From: Polyangiales bacterium
Lineage (GTDB): Bacteria; Myxococcota_A; Polyangia; Polyangiales; Ga0077539
Length of the DNA stretch: 64,000 nucleotides
Assembly (NCBI GenBank): GCA_046351535.1
Contig: JAXLYG010000005.1
Location: 20,163-84,162, forward strand
Direction: 5' to 3'
Below, piece by piece: positions 8,875 to 17,873 of this stretch; the stretch's first letter is position 1, and each line of letters begins with the position of its first letter. The position numbers and the translations under genes are program-made. The notes under the pieces were generated by a model. That model saw only the letters and a program-made list of their open reading frames with translations. It was not told where the DNA came from and searched no databases.

Positions 8875-9708
8875 TCAGGCTTCTACTCCCTCTTTGGGCG
8901 CATCGGAAGGCGCTGCGGGGACGTCCTCCGGGTGCGCCGCCCGCCAGGCGTCGAGGCGCGCGCGGTACATCTCCTGCGCGGCCTTCGCGAGGCGCCGCGC
9001 GTCGCCGTCGAAGTCCTCGGGGCGCAGCGTGGCGATGGGCTCGACCGCGAGCCGCACGAGGCGCTTGGGCAGCGCGTACCAGGGGACGCCCTTCATCAAC
9101 GTGGGCGGCGTACACGTCACGAGCACGAGCGCCACGGGCACGCCGGCCCTGCACGCGACCTCGAAGGCTCCGCGCCTGAAGCGCCTCACCCCGCCGGGCG
9201 GAGAGCGCGTCCCCTCGGGGAAGATCAGCACGCGGAAGCCCGCCTCGATGCGCTCGATCGCGCCCTGAATCACCGCCGCGCCCGACATCGCGGCGCCCTC
9301 TCCCGCGTCGATGTGCCAGCACGCGCGGAGGATCCGTCCGACGAAGGGGTTCTCGAAGAGGTCGCTGCGCACGACGGTGCACGCGCCGCCGAGGGCTGCG
9401 CCGAGGGCCGTCACGTCGACCAGCGTGGGGTGATTCGCCACGACCACGCAGGGTCCCTCGGGGAGGCTCAGCGACACCTCGCGCGGGTCGTACCGCATGA
9501 GCCGCAGGTGGTGCATGAGCGCGTGAAACTGCTTGAATCCACGGCTGATGAGGCTCTGCGCGCGGCGCACGCGCTCGCGCTCGTCGGTGACGCCGCGGCG
9601 CGCGAGCGGCAGGAGCGCGTACGACAGCACCAGCGATCCGACGCCGAAGTACACGAACATCGCGCCGATCAAGACGAGGCGTACGATCCATTCGAGGGGG
9701 CGCAGCAT
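8875..9708 (-). CDS. 1-acyl-sn-glycerol-3-phosphate acyltransferase family (LPLAT, ApeD-like)
   Basis: 277 aa with an N-terminal TM segment, the HX4D motif NHPTLVD, and FPEGTRS. Confidence 0.85.
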   Translation of the reverse strand: MLRPLEWIVRLVLIGAMFVYFGVGSLVLSYALLPLARRGVTDERERVRRAQSLISRGFKQFHALMHHLRLMRYDPREVSLSLPEGPCVVVANHPTLVDVTALGAALGGACTVVRSDLFENPFVGRILRACWHIDAGEGAAMSGAAVIQGAIERIEAGFRVLIFPEGTRSPPGGVRRFRRGAFEVACRAGVPVALVLVTCTPPTLMKGVPWYALPKRLVRLAVEPIATLRPEDFDGDARRLAKAAQEMYRARLDAWRAAHPEDVPAAPSDAPKEGVEA

Positions 9709-9759
9709 CGGCGTGTCGTCCAGCGCGGCGCGAGTGATATCACACGCGCTCCGCGGCCG

Positions 9760-10587
9760 TCAGCGACACAGGCGCAGCGCGCCCAGGCGCCCCGAGGCGC
9801 AGCGGACCTCGTGTTCGAAGCGCGCTTCTCGGGAAGGGTCATCGAGCCACGCGGCGAGCTCCACCGCGCCCGACGCGCCGAGCCAGTCGGGGTGCGCGTC
9901 GTCGCCGCCGTCGTGCGCACGGAGCGAAGCGTGTTCGAGCGTCGCGAGGGGCGCACGGCCGCGCGCGCGTACGGCCTCGACAGGTTCGAGCACGAGCGCG
10001 ACGACGGCCTCCGCGGCAGCGGGTTGCGCGCGTTCGGAGCGCAGCCGCGCGCGGTCGGGGCCGAGGGTGTCTCCCGCGATGACGAGGGCTCCCTCTGCGC
10101 GGCCGAGGGCGATGGCGCGACGGGCCTCGACGAGCGCGGCGACGGCCGACGCGCGCCCTGCCATCACGGTCGTCGCGTGGCCTCTCACGCCGAGCGCGAT
10201 GGCGATCTCGCCCGCGGGCGCCGACGGAATCGTCTGCGCGAAGAGGATCGGGGATGCCCCCTCGGCGCCGCGCTCCACGAGCCCGCGGTGGTATCGCTCG
10301 TTGACCTCGGCACAACCGAGCGCGGTGCCCACCACGACGGCGAGCGACCGCACGCGATCGGCTTCAATCTCCGCGCGAGAGAGCGCCCGCTGCGCCACGA
10401 GGAGCGCGTGGGCGCTCGCGCGATCCATGCGACCCGTGCGCTCGGGCGCGGCGGGCCAGAGCGCGCGAATGGAGGCCGTGATGCGCGAGGTCTTCACGCC
10501 GTCGACCTCGGCCCAGCGCGGCGCGCGCGGAGCCCCTTCGCCTGCGGCCGAGAGCGCGGCCCACGCGGTGATCGCGAGGTCGCTCAC
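9760..10587 (-). CDS. Beta-ketoacyl synthase-like protein lacking the active-site Cys (chain-length-factor-like)
   Basis: GTG at 10587 overlaps the KS stop (GTGA). 275 aa. The stretch TTVMAGRASAVAALVEA aligns with the KS stretch VSTACTSSAAALMQA, placing Arg where the catalytic Cys would be. Confidence 0.75.
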   Translation of the reverse strand: MSDLAITAWAALSAAGEGAPRAPRWAEVDGVKTSRITASIRALWPAAPERTGRMDRASAHALLVAQRALSRAEIEADRVRSLAVVVGTALGCAEVNERYHRGLVERGAEGASPILFAQTIPSAPAGEIAIALGVRGHATTVMAGRASAVAALVEARRAIALGRAEGALVIAGDTLGPDRARLRSERAQPAAAEAVVALVLEPVEAVRARGRAPLATLEHASLRAHDGGDDAHPDWLGASGAVELAAWLDDPSREARFEHEVRCASGRLGALRLCR

Positions 10588-11774
10588 GGGGCACCGATCA
10601 CGAGCGCGGTGTTGTGTCCCGCCATCGCGGCGTTGAGCGAGAGCGCGACGCCCTCTCGCATCGCCGTGGGCGCGGGGTCGACGGTGAGCCACGCGAGCGA
10701 AGGGTCACGCTCCCGCGGCGTGTGCGTCGGCGGACGTACGCGGTGACGCAGCGCCTCGACGCAGAGCGCGACCTCGACGAGCCCCGAGGCGCCGAGGGTG
10801 TGTCCCGTCACGGGCTTCAAGCCGTGTACGGGCGGCGCCGTGTCGCCGAAGACCGCTCGCAGCGCGGCGGCCTCCATCGCGTCGTTGAAGCGCGTCGAGG
10901 TCGCGTGCGCGCTCACCCACGCGACGTCGGCGTTCGATGCGTTCGCCTCGCGCAGCGCGTGTGTGACGGCCCGCGCGAGCCCGGCCCCCGTGCGATCGGG
11001 CGCGGTCATGTGAACGCCGTCGCCCGAGGTTCCGCCGCCGAGGTAGCGCGCCACCGCGGGGCCGTCGCGCGTGAGGAGCACCGCGGCCGCGGCCTCGCCG
11101 AGCCACATGCCCGCGCGATCCACGGCGAAGGGAGCGGGCGGCGCCGTGTCGGGCGTGAGCGCGCAGAGCCGATCGAAGCCCGCGTGGACGAAGCGGCAGA
11201 GCACATCGACGCCGATCACCAGCGCGGCGTCGATCTCGCCGAGCCGCAGCGCGTCGGCGGCCTGCATGAGCGCGGCTGCCGAAGAGGTACACGCGGTGCT
11301 CACGGTGACCACCTCGCCGCGAAGTCCGAGGGCGCGCGCCACGGCGGGCGCGGTGTCGTCGTGGCCCACGCGCGAGGGCGCGACGGGAAGCGCCTCTCCG
11401 CGCGTGAGGGCGCGGTGCCAGGGCTCCCACGCGACGACAGCGCCGAGGCTCGTCCCGACGAAGAGGGCGGTGTCGGGCGAGAGCGCTTGACCGCGGAGCG
11501 CGTCGTCGACGGCGGCGAGCGCGAGCTGCGTGGCGCGGTCGAGGCCGGGCCAGCGCGCGTCGATGGCGGCCCAGATCGACGGCGCGATGAGGGCCGCGTT
11601 GCGCACCGCGAAATCGTGGGTGTCGTAGCGGTCGACGGGGGCGGCGAGGGGCGCGGCGGCGAGGGTGGCGCGCCAGAGGGCGTCGAGGCCCACGCCCGCG
11701 GCGGAGACCGCGCCGACGCGACGGATCGAGAGCGGCGCGCGCGCGTGTGTGGCGTCGGGCTTCTCGTGGGTCAT
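10584..11774 (-). CDS. Beta-ketoacyl-ACP synthase (type II KS)
   Basis: 396 aa. The Cys-His-His triad context is present: VSTACTSS, SAHATSTRFND, VTGHTLGASG. Confidence 0.9.
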   Translation of the reverse strand: MTHEKPDATHARAPLSIRRVGAVSAAGVGLDALWRATLAAAPLAAPVDRYDTHDFAVRNAALIAPSIWAAIDARWPGLDRATQLALAAVDDALRGQALSPDTALFVGTSLGAVVAWEPWHRALTRGEALPVAPSRVGHDDTAPAVARALGLRGEVVTVSTACTSSAAALMQAADALRLGEIDAALVIGVDVLCRFVHAGFDRLCALTPDTAPPAPFAVDRAGMWLGEAAAAVLLTRDGPAVARYLGGGTSGDGVHMTAPDRTGAGLARAVTHALREANASNADVAWVSAHATSTRFNDAMEAAALRAVFGDTAPPVHGLKPVTGHTLGASGLVEVALCVEALRHRVRPPTHTPRERDPSLAWLTVDPAPTAMREGVALSLNAAMAGHNTALVIGAP

Positions 11775-11895
11775 CGGCGGGGTGCCGGCGACGCTACGAC
11801 CGCGCGAAATGCGGCGTCAACGGAGACCCTCGGACGAAGGCCGCCGGGTCGCTGGCGGCGCAGCGAGAAACCGCGCAGAATCCCGGGCTGCGCTT

Positions 11896-12861
11896 ATGAA
11901 CGTACGAACGATCGCGTGGGTAGGCATGGCGGTGGCCTCGCTCGGATGCGCGAGCACCGTCGACGGGACCTGGGGCAGCGCGCGGGACGCCGGTCGCGAC
12001 GTGCCGCCGGGGGTGAACCCCACGGGCGTAGACCCGTTTCGGCCCGTCGACGCGGGGCCGATCCTCGTCGATGGGAGCACCGACACGGGGACGTGGCAGC
12101 TCCCCGACGCGTCGGTCTTCGACCAGCGCTACGCGTACCTCTACGTCGGGAGCTACCTCAACACGGGCCTCGAAGGGGCCTATGCGAGCGCGGAGTTCCG
12201 GTTGTTTCCGAGGCCCGAAGACACGCGCTGCGAGTACGTGAGCGCGGGCAACTGGGACATGCTCACCTGCGACGAGGAGGCCGAGGCCCCGCGCGACACG
12301 CACCCGGAGCCCTTCCCCCAAGCGGGTCCCATCACCGTTCGCGGCGGCACCGAGCCCGTCTCGCTCAACCCCAACCGCAACGGGCAGTACGCGTACTTCT
12401 ACGAGCCGCGCCCCGTGTTTCACGGCCCCGCTCGCATCGAGATCCGCGCCGTCGGCACGGCCTCCGTGCCCGCGTTCTCGGTCATGGTCGACGTGCCGTC
12501 GCCCCTCACGCTCACGTCCCCGGTCATCACCCGCGGCGTGCCCGTCCCCATCTCGACGACCCAGGACCTCACGATCTCGTGGGTGCCCTCCGACGCGCGG
12601 TCGATCTACGTGAACATCTCTGCGATCGGCCGTGTTTCAGGGCGTCGCCACTCGGTGCGCGCGCTCGCGGAGTTCCCCGGCGCGGCGGGTCGAGGCACCA
12701 TCCCCGCCCGCGCGCTGCGGGCCTTCACCACGCTCTCGGCGTTGGAGTCTCAGAACTTCAGCGTGTCGCCGCAGAACCTCAGCACGCAGCGCATCGGCGC
12801 CTGGCCCGTGCAGGTCACCACCTCGGGCCTCGGCGTCAGCGTCGACGCCTCGATCCGCTGA
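11896..12861 (+). CDS. Lipoprotein, function unknown
   Basis: ATG at 11896. The N-terminus MNVRTIAWVGMAVASLGCAS is a signal peptide with a lipobox. 321 aa with high GC3. Confidence 0.75.
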   Translation: MNVRTIAWVGMAVASLGCASTVDGTWGSARDAGRDVPPGVNPTGVDPFRPVDAGPILVDGSTDTGTWQLPDASVFDQRYAYLYVGSYLNTGLEGAYASAEFRLFPRPEDTRCEYVSAGNWDMLTCDEEAEAPRDTHPEPFPQAGPITVRGGTEPVSLNPNRNGQYAYFYEPRPVFHGPARIEIRAVGTASVPAFSVMVDVPSPLTLTSPVITRGVPVPISTTQDLTISWVPSDARSIYVNISAIGRVSGRRHSVRALAEFPGAAGRGTIPARALRAFTTLSALESQNFSVSPQNLSTQRIGAWPVQVTTSGLGVSVDASIR

Positions 12862-12865
12862 ACCT

Positions 12866-14230
12866 TCACCGAAGCGGCGTCTGGCTGGGAGGCGTCGGCG
12901 GCGTGTCGTGCGCGTGCGAGCGCCGACGGAGCGCGCGCGGGACCGTGTCGACCGGGGAATGCGGCGCCGTCGCTTCGACGGGCGCGATGCGCGTGTCGGG
13001 GATGAGCTCCACCGAGGCGTCGACGCGGAGCTCGGGGCCCATGAAGGCCGCCGACGAGGGCGCCACGACGCGCGCCACCGGGACGACCAGCGCCGGCGCG
13101 CCCGACGGAGACGAGCGCCACTGCGCCGCGAGCATCCCCGCGGCGGCGGCCACGACGAGCGAGGCCACGAACGAGCGCTTCGACCGCTGGCTGAGCTTCA
13201 CCGCCGAGGGGCGCGACGAGCGCGTGGTGGGCACGTTGCTCGCGACGCGCTCGGGGATCGCCGCGAGGGCGGCCTCGATCATCGCGGGGGGCACGAGCGG
13301 CGTGGGCATCTCCGAGGGGTGCTGCCCGGCGCGCGGTTCGAAGACGGGCATCCACGCGGCGCGGGTGCGGCGCGGCGCCAGCGGCAGCAGCTCGCGCGCC
13401 ATGTGAGCCACCGTGGGAAAGCGGTCGACGGCCTCGCGCTGGAGCGCACGATCGACGACGCCCACGAACTCGATGGGGACGAGCACCGAGACCGAGCGCA
13501 GCGAGCGCGGCGTGCCCTCGACGATCTCCTTCATGAGCCCGTACATCGACTCGCTTTCGAAGGGCAGGATGCCCGTCACGCATTCGAAGAGGATCACCCC
13601 GAGCGCGAACTGATCGGCGCGCGCGTCGACCTCGCGAGGGTTCGCGATCTGCTCGGGCGACATGTACTCGGGCGTTCCGAAGACGTTGTCGGTGGCCGTG
13701 AGCCGCGCCGTGCGGCCCTGGATGTTGAGCTTCGAAATACCGAAGTCGACCACCTTGGGCACCACCACCCCGTCGCGCGTCGTCGAGAGAAAGATGTTCT
13801 CTGGCTTGAGATCGCGGTGCACGATGTCCTCGTTGTGCGCCGCGTTCACGGCCGCCAGCACGGGGATCATCACCTCGAGCGTGCGGCCCACGCTGAGCCT
13901 CCGCTCGCGGCCGATCATGTCCGCGAGCGACTCGCCTTCGAGGTACTCCATCACGAGGTAGGCGAGGTTGCCGTGGCGCCCCACGTCGAACACGTCGACC
14001 GCGTGGGGGTGGCGGATCTTCGAGGCGGCGATGCCCTCGCGCAGAAAGCGCTCCTTGATCTCGGCGTTCTTCGCGAACTCGGGCTTGAGCGTCTTGATCG
14101 CGACGCGCTTCTTCAGCTCGACGTGCTCGGCCTCGTAGACGGCACCCATGCCTCCGGTGCCGATCATGCGAACGATCTTGAAGTGCCCGATCTTCGTGCC
14201 CGGCAGCAGTCCCAACGTCTCCAGGTCCAT
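12866..14230 (-). CDS. Hanks-type Ser/Thr protein kinase with C-terminal TM anchor
   Basis: ATG at 14230 is preceded by GGAGG; the track start at 14242 is a TTG. Motifs GTGGMGAVY, VAIKTLK, HRDLKPENIF, DFGISK, GTPEYMSPEQ. There is a TM segment FVASLVVAAAAGMLAAQW. Confidence 0.9.
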   Translation of the reverse strand: MDLETLGLLPGTKIGHFKIVRMIGTGGMGAVYEAEHVELKKRVAIKTLKPEFAKNAEIKERFLREGIAASKIRHPHAVDVFDVGRHGNLAYLVMEYLEGESLADMIGRERRLSVGRTLEVMIPVLAAVNAAHNEDIVHRDLKPENIFLSTTRDGVVVPKVVDFGISKLNIQGRTARLTATDNVFGTPEYMSPEQIANPREVDARADQFALGVILFECVTGILPFESESMYGLMKEIVEGTPRSLRSVSVLVPIEFVGVVDRALQREAVDRFPTVAHMARELLPLAPRRTRAAWMPVFEPRAGQHPSEMPTPLVPPAMIEAALAAIPERVASNVPTTRSSRPSAVKLSQRSKRSFVASLVVAAAAGMLAAQWRSSPSGAPALVVPVARVVAPSSAAFMGPELRVDASVELIPDTRIAPVEATAPHSPVDTVPRALRRRSHAHDTPPTPPSQTPLR

Positions 14231-14329
14231 CGGAGCCTCCAAGGGGACAGAACGGCCACCGATGGCGTTTCTTGAACGAGGAACGAACGATTCTCGCGAG
14301 ATGCTGAAATCCCTTGAATTCCAGCGCTC

Positions 14330-15652
14330 CTACTCGGCGAATCGGTAGAGTGCGCCGTCTCTCTGACCGCCCGCGTAGAGGGCGTTCTGGTAGACCGCGA
14401 GGGGCGCCGCGCAGAACACGTCGGTCACGTCGAAGGGCCCCCGACCGCGCGCGTCGACGGGAACCTCGGCCACGCGCGACGGCATCGTGGTGTCGATGCG
14501 CCACAGGCCCCGCGAGGTGAGCACCACGAGCGCGTCGCGGAAGCGCGTCACGTCCGTCGGCACCCCGGCCCCCTCGGGCAGCGCGACGTAGCTCCACCGG
14601 TCGCCGTCCTCGGTGACGCGCAGCGAGACGACGTTGGTGCCGCGCTCGTACGCGAGCCAGTAGAGCCTCCCCCGGTCGGCGTACCAGCGGAGGGTGAGGG
14701 CGCCGCCGTTGGTGGTGACCCTCGCGGGGTGCATGTCCATGCGCGTGAGGTTCGTCGCGCGCGCCGGAGGCTGCGCCCACACGTAGTCGTTCTGCTCCGC
14801 GCCCGCGTAGTCCTGGATGCCCATGAAGAGCCTCCCCCGGAAGCGCACCATGTAGCCCAGGCGCCACACGCCCTGCGGCCAGGGGTAGGGATAATCGACC
14901 TCGTAGGTCCATCGCGCGAGCGTCGCGTCGGCCACGTGGAGCGCCCCCGGCGAGGGCCCGTACCACGCCCGCTCGCGCGGAGGCACGGAGCCCGTCGCGG
15001 CGTAGAGCCGCCCGCGAAAACGGATCACATCGAGGACGTGGTAGGCCCTCGGGAGCACGGCCGCGCCCGCTCTCCCCGCGGCGTCGGGGGCCGCGGGAGG
15101 TCTCAGCCGCGGGCCGCGCGGAGGCGCGAAGACGCCGCTGCGATCGGAGATGAAGACGAAGCCCTCGGTGCCCGGGTCCGAGATCCCGAAGCCGTTGTAG
15201 GGCGGGTCGGCGTCGGGCACGAAGAGTCGCCCGTCGATGGCGTGCACGCGCACGAAGCCCTGGCCGCCACCTCCGCCGTTGGTGGGCTGCCCCGGTCGGT
15301 TCCAATCGAAGGCGATGGAGAACGGCTCTGGCGTACCGGGCGCGTAGCGCGTGAGCGTCGCGCCGTCGGATCCGAGCGGCGCGTTCGCGTGCGCCGCGTA
15401 GAGCGCGCCGCCGAAGGGCGTGAGGTCGCACACCCGCCGCAGCGCCCGCGGCGCCCTGCCGACGCGCTCGAGCCTCAACCTCGCGGGGAGCGCGCCGGTG
15501 CCCGTGTCCTCGGGGTCGTCGTTGCCGTCGACGTCGCCCGCGGCCTCATCCTGCGGGTTGCGCTGCGCCGACGCGGTCGACGCGCCGCCCATGGCGAGGC
15601 AGAACCACGACAACCAAAGAACCGTCGCGCGCGACGCCAGCATGCGGCGCAT
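14330..15652 (-). CDS. Secreted protein, function unknown
   Basis: ATG at 15652. Signal peptide MRRMLASRATVLWLSWFCLAMGGASTASAQ. 440 aa with high GC3 and repeated (R)LY/LF strand-like motifs. Confidence 0.75.
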   Translation of the reverse strand: MRRMLASRATVLWLSWFCLAMGGASTASAQRNPQDEAAGDVDGNDDPEDTGTGALPARLRLERVGRAPRALRRVCDLTPFGGALYAAHANAPLGSDGATLTRYAPGTPEPFSIAFDWNRPGQPTNGGGGGQGFVRVHAIDGRLFVPDADPPYNGFGISDPGTEGFVFISDRSGVFAPPRGPRLRPPAAPDAAGRAGAAVLPRAYHVLDVIRFRGRLYAATGSVPPRERAWYGPSPGALHVADATLARWTYEVDYPYPWPQGVWRLGYMVRFRGRLFMGIQDYAGAEQNDYVWAQPPARATNLTRMDMHPARVTTNGGALTLRWYADRGRLYWLAYERGTNVVSLRVTEDGDRWSYVALPEGAGVPTDVTRFRDALVVLTSRGLWRIDTTMPSRVAEVPVDARGRGPFDVTDVFCAAPLAVYQNALYAGGQRDGALYRFAE

Positions 15653-15770
15653 CGTACCGCGGGCACCCCGATCTCGGCGACGGATCGACGCCGTGTGGCG
15701 TTCGCGCGCGAACGATGCGATCACCCAACGCCCCAACGTCTCCTACACCCCGCTTCAAAGGTCTCACCGA

Positions 15771-17237
15771 ATGCCTGGCGCTCGCAGAGGTCTCGTCGTC
15801 GCTGCGATCCTTCTCTCGATGTTCATGTCGGCGATGGAGGCCACCGTGGTCGCCACGGCGATGCCTACTGTCGTCGCTGACCTCCACGGCATCGAGCTCT
15901 ACGGCTGGGTCGGGTCGATCTACATGCTCTCGTCGACCGTGACGATCCCGCTGTGGGGGAGCCTCGCGGACATCCGCGGCCGCAAGCCCGTGATGCTCGC
16001 GGGCCTCGCGTTCTTTCTCCTCGGCTCGGTGCTGAGCGGCGCCGCGACGTCGATGCCCGCGCTCGTCGTCGCGAGGGCCGTGCAGGGCATCGGCGCGGGC
16101 TCGCTGCAGCCCGTCGCGATCACCATCGTGGGCGACCTCTACACCGTCGAGGAGCGCGGCCGCGTGCAGGGGCTCTTCGGCGCGATCTGGGGCTCGGCGG
16201 GCATCGCGGGGCCGCTGCTCGGGGGGCTCATCGTGAAGGCCCTCTCGTGGCGCTGGGTGTTCTACGTGAACCTCCCCTTCGGGCTCTTCTCGGGCGCGAT
16301 GCTCGTGGCCTTCTTCGAAGAGCGAACGGAGCGGCTCCACAAGGGGCGTCGCCTCGACCTCGCGGGCGCCGCGGCGCTCACGGTCGCCGTGCTCTCGCTC
16401 CTGCTCGGGGTCGGAGGGCGGCACAGCGCCGTGGCGCTCCCGATGGCGGCGCTCGCGTTCGTGGGCTTTCTCGCGATCGAGCGCCGCGCGCCGGAGCCCG
16501 TGGTGCCGCTCTCGCTCTTCGCGAACAAGGCCATCGCCGTGGCGAGCGCCGCGGGGACGCTCATGGGCGTCGCGATGATGTCGTCGCTGATGTTCCTGCC
16601 GCTCTACGCGCAGGCCGCGATGGGCGCGACGCCCACGGCGGCGGGCGCGATGGTGGCCCCGACGCTCATCGGCTGGCCCCTCGCCAGCACCACGAGCGGA
16701 CGGCTCCTCCCGCGCGTCGGCCCGCGGATCCTCGTGCGCTCGGGGCTCGCCCTCGTCGCCGCGGGCACGCTCGCCGTGTGGCTCCTCGTGCGCTCGGGGA
16801 GCGCCGCCTGGTGGCTCCGCGTCGCGATGTTCACCTTCGGCGCGGGGATGGGCTTCGCGAACACGGCCCTGCTCATCGCCGCGCAGGAGAGCGTCGGGTG
16901 GTCGCAGCGCGGCATCGCCACGGCCACGACGATGTTCTCCCGCAGCATCGGCGGCGCGGTGGCCCTCGGCGCCCTCGGCGCGCTGCTCGCGCACCGCCTC
17001 GCGGGCGTCGTCGACGAGCGGATCCTCAACGCCATGCTCGGCCCCGAGCGAGGCCGCGGGCTCGACCCGAGCGTGATCTCCGCGGTGTCGTCGTCCGTGG
17101 GCCACGGGATGCTCCCGATCTTCTCGATCATCGCCGTGGCCGGTGCGCTCAGCCTCGCCGTGGGGATGACCTTCCCCGACGTGCGCTTCTCCCACCGGGC
17201 TTCGAAGCCTCCAGAAGCCCCCGCGGACCCTGGCTGA
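15771..17237 (+). CDS. MFS efflux transporter (DHA2/EmrB-QacA-like)
   Basis: ATG at 15771, 488 aa, many TM helices, and the MFS motif A GSLADIRGRKPVMLAG. Confidence 0.85.
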   Translation: MPGARRGLVVAAILLSMFMSAMEATVVATAMPTVVADLHGIELYGWVGSIYMLSSTVTIPLWGSLADIRGRKPVMLAGLAFFLLGSVLSGAATSMPALVVARAVQGIGAGSLQPVAITIVGDLYTVEERGRVQGLFGAIWGSAGIAGPLLGGLIVKALSWRWVFYVNLPFGLFSGAMLVAFFEERTERLHKGRRLDLAGAAALTVAVLSLLLGVGGRHSAVALPMAALAFVGFLAIERRAPEPVVPLSLFANKAIAVASAAGTLMGVAMMSSLMFLPLYAQAAMGATPTAAGAMVAPTLIGWPLASTTSGRLLPRVGPRILVRSGLALVAAGTLAVWLLVRSGSAAWWLRVAMFTFGAGMGFANTALLIAAQESVGWSQRGIATATTMFSRSIGGAVALGALGALLAHRLAGVVDERILNAMLGPERGRGLDPSVISAVSSSVGHGMLPIFSIIAVAGALSLAVGMTFPDVRFSHRASKPPEAPADPG

Positions 17238-17273
17238 CGTGTATGACACAGGGACCTGCGGCCCCGGCATGCG

Positions 17274-17870
17274 GTGCGTAATCCGCTCTCGAAACGCGGA
17301 CCCGGCCTCACGAAACCGTCAGTTCGTCGATCAACCTTCGATCCCGCTTGCACCCCGGCGGGAGGCTACGCGAAGACTTCAGCGCTCGATGGACTCCGAC
17401 GACGATCCCCGCTCCCTCCTGCGCTCGCGTTCCTCCGCGACATCTGGGCGCTGAACCACGCCATCGAGCAGACCTCGATGCGCATGGAGTCGGCCCTCGG
17501 CGTGACCGCACAGCAGCGAATGATCCTGCGGATCGTGGGGCGCTTCCCAGAGATCACCGCGGGGCGCCTCGCGCGGATGCTCCACGTCGACGCGGGCACG
17601 GTCTCCACCGCCCTGCGACGGATGGAGGCGCGGGGCCTCATCCTCCGCCGCCAGGACCCCAAGGACCGCCGTCGCGTGTCGTTGCGCCTCGCCGCCGCGG
17701 GGCGCCGCCTCGACGTGGCGACGCAGGGCACCGTCGAGAGCGCCGTCGAGACCATGCTCTCGCAGACCGATCCCGCCGCGCTCGAGACCGTCCGCGCCGT
17801 GCTCGCGAACCTCACGAAGGGGCTCTCGACGGGCCCCGACGGCGAGGACCTCGACGCCCCCGTAGGCTGA
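17274..17870 (+). CDS. MarR-family transcriptional regulator (start uncertain)
   Basis: Winged HTH: ..LGVTAQQRMILRIVGRFPEITAGRLARMLHVDAGTVSTALRRMEARGLILRRQDPKDRRRVSLRL... The only canonical in-frame start upstream of helix 1 is GTG at 17274. The first ~45 codons have visibly lower GC3, so the true start may be non-canonical. Confidence 0.7.
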   Translation: MRNPLSKRGPGLTKPSVRRSTFDPACTPAGGYAKTSALDGLRRRSPLPPALAFLRDIWALNHAIEQTSMRMESALGVTAQQRMILRIVGRFPEITAGRLARMLHVDAGTVSTALRRMEARGLILRRQDPKDRRRVSLRLAAAGRRLDVATQGTVESAVETMLSQTDPAALETVRAVLANLTKGLSTGPDGEDLDAPVG

Positions 17871-17873
17871 GCC

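Larger units (their letters stand above)
420..11774 (-). other. 14-gene aryl-polyene/xanthomonadin-like type II PKS plus lipid-export operon
   Basis: All 14 genes are on the minus strand. Of 13 junctions, 7 are 4-nt GTGA/ATGA start-stop overlaps, 2 are longer overlaps (8 and 29 nt) and 4 are gaps of 51 nt or less. The gene order is KS, KS-like, LPLAT, ACP, ACP, halogenase, membrane protein, DH, GT2, LpxL-like AT, thioesterase, LolA-like, MMPL, lipoprotein. This parallels ape-type clusters. Confidence 0.8.

Noticed and set aside
14231-14242. TTG starts proposed by the ORF track for the kinase (14242) and the TetR regulator (22751).
   Set aside because: Downstream ATGs (14230 and 22724) have better context. 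The kinase ATG has GGAGG 5 nt upstream. The TetR TTG lies inside the putative operator palindrome.
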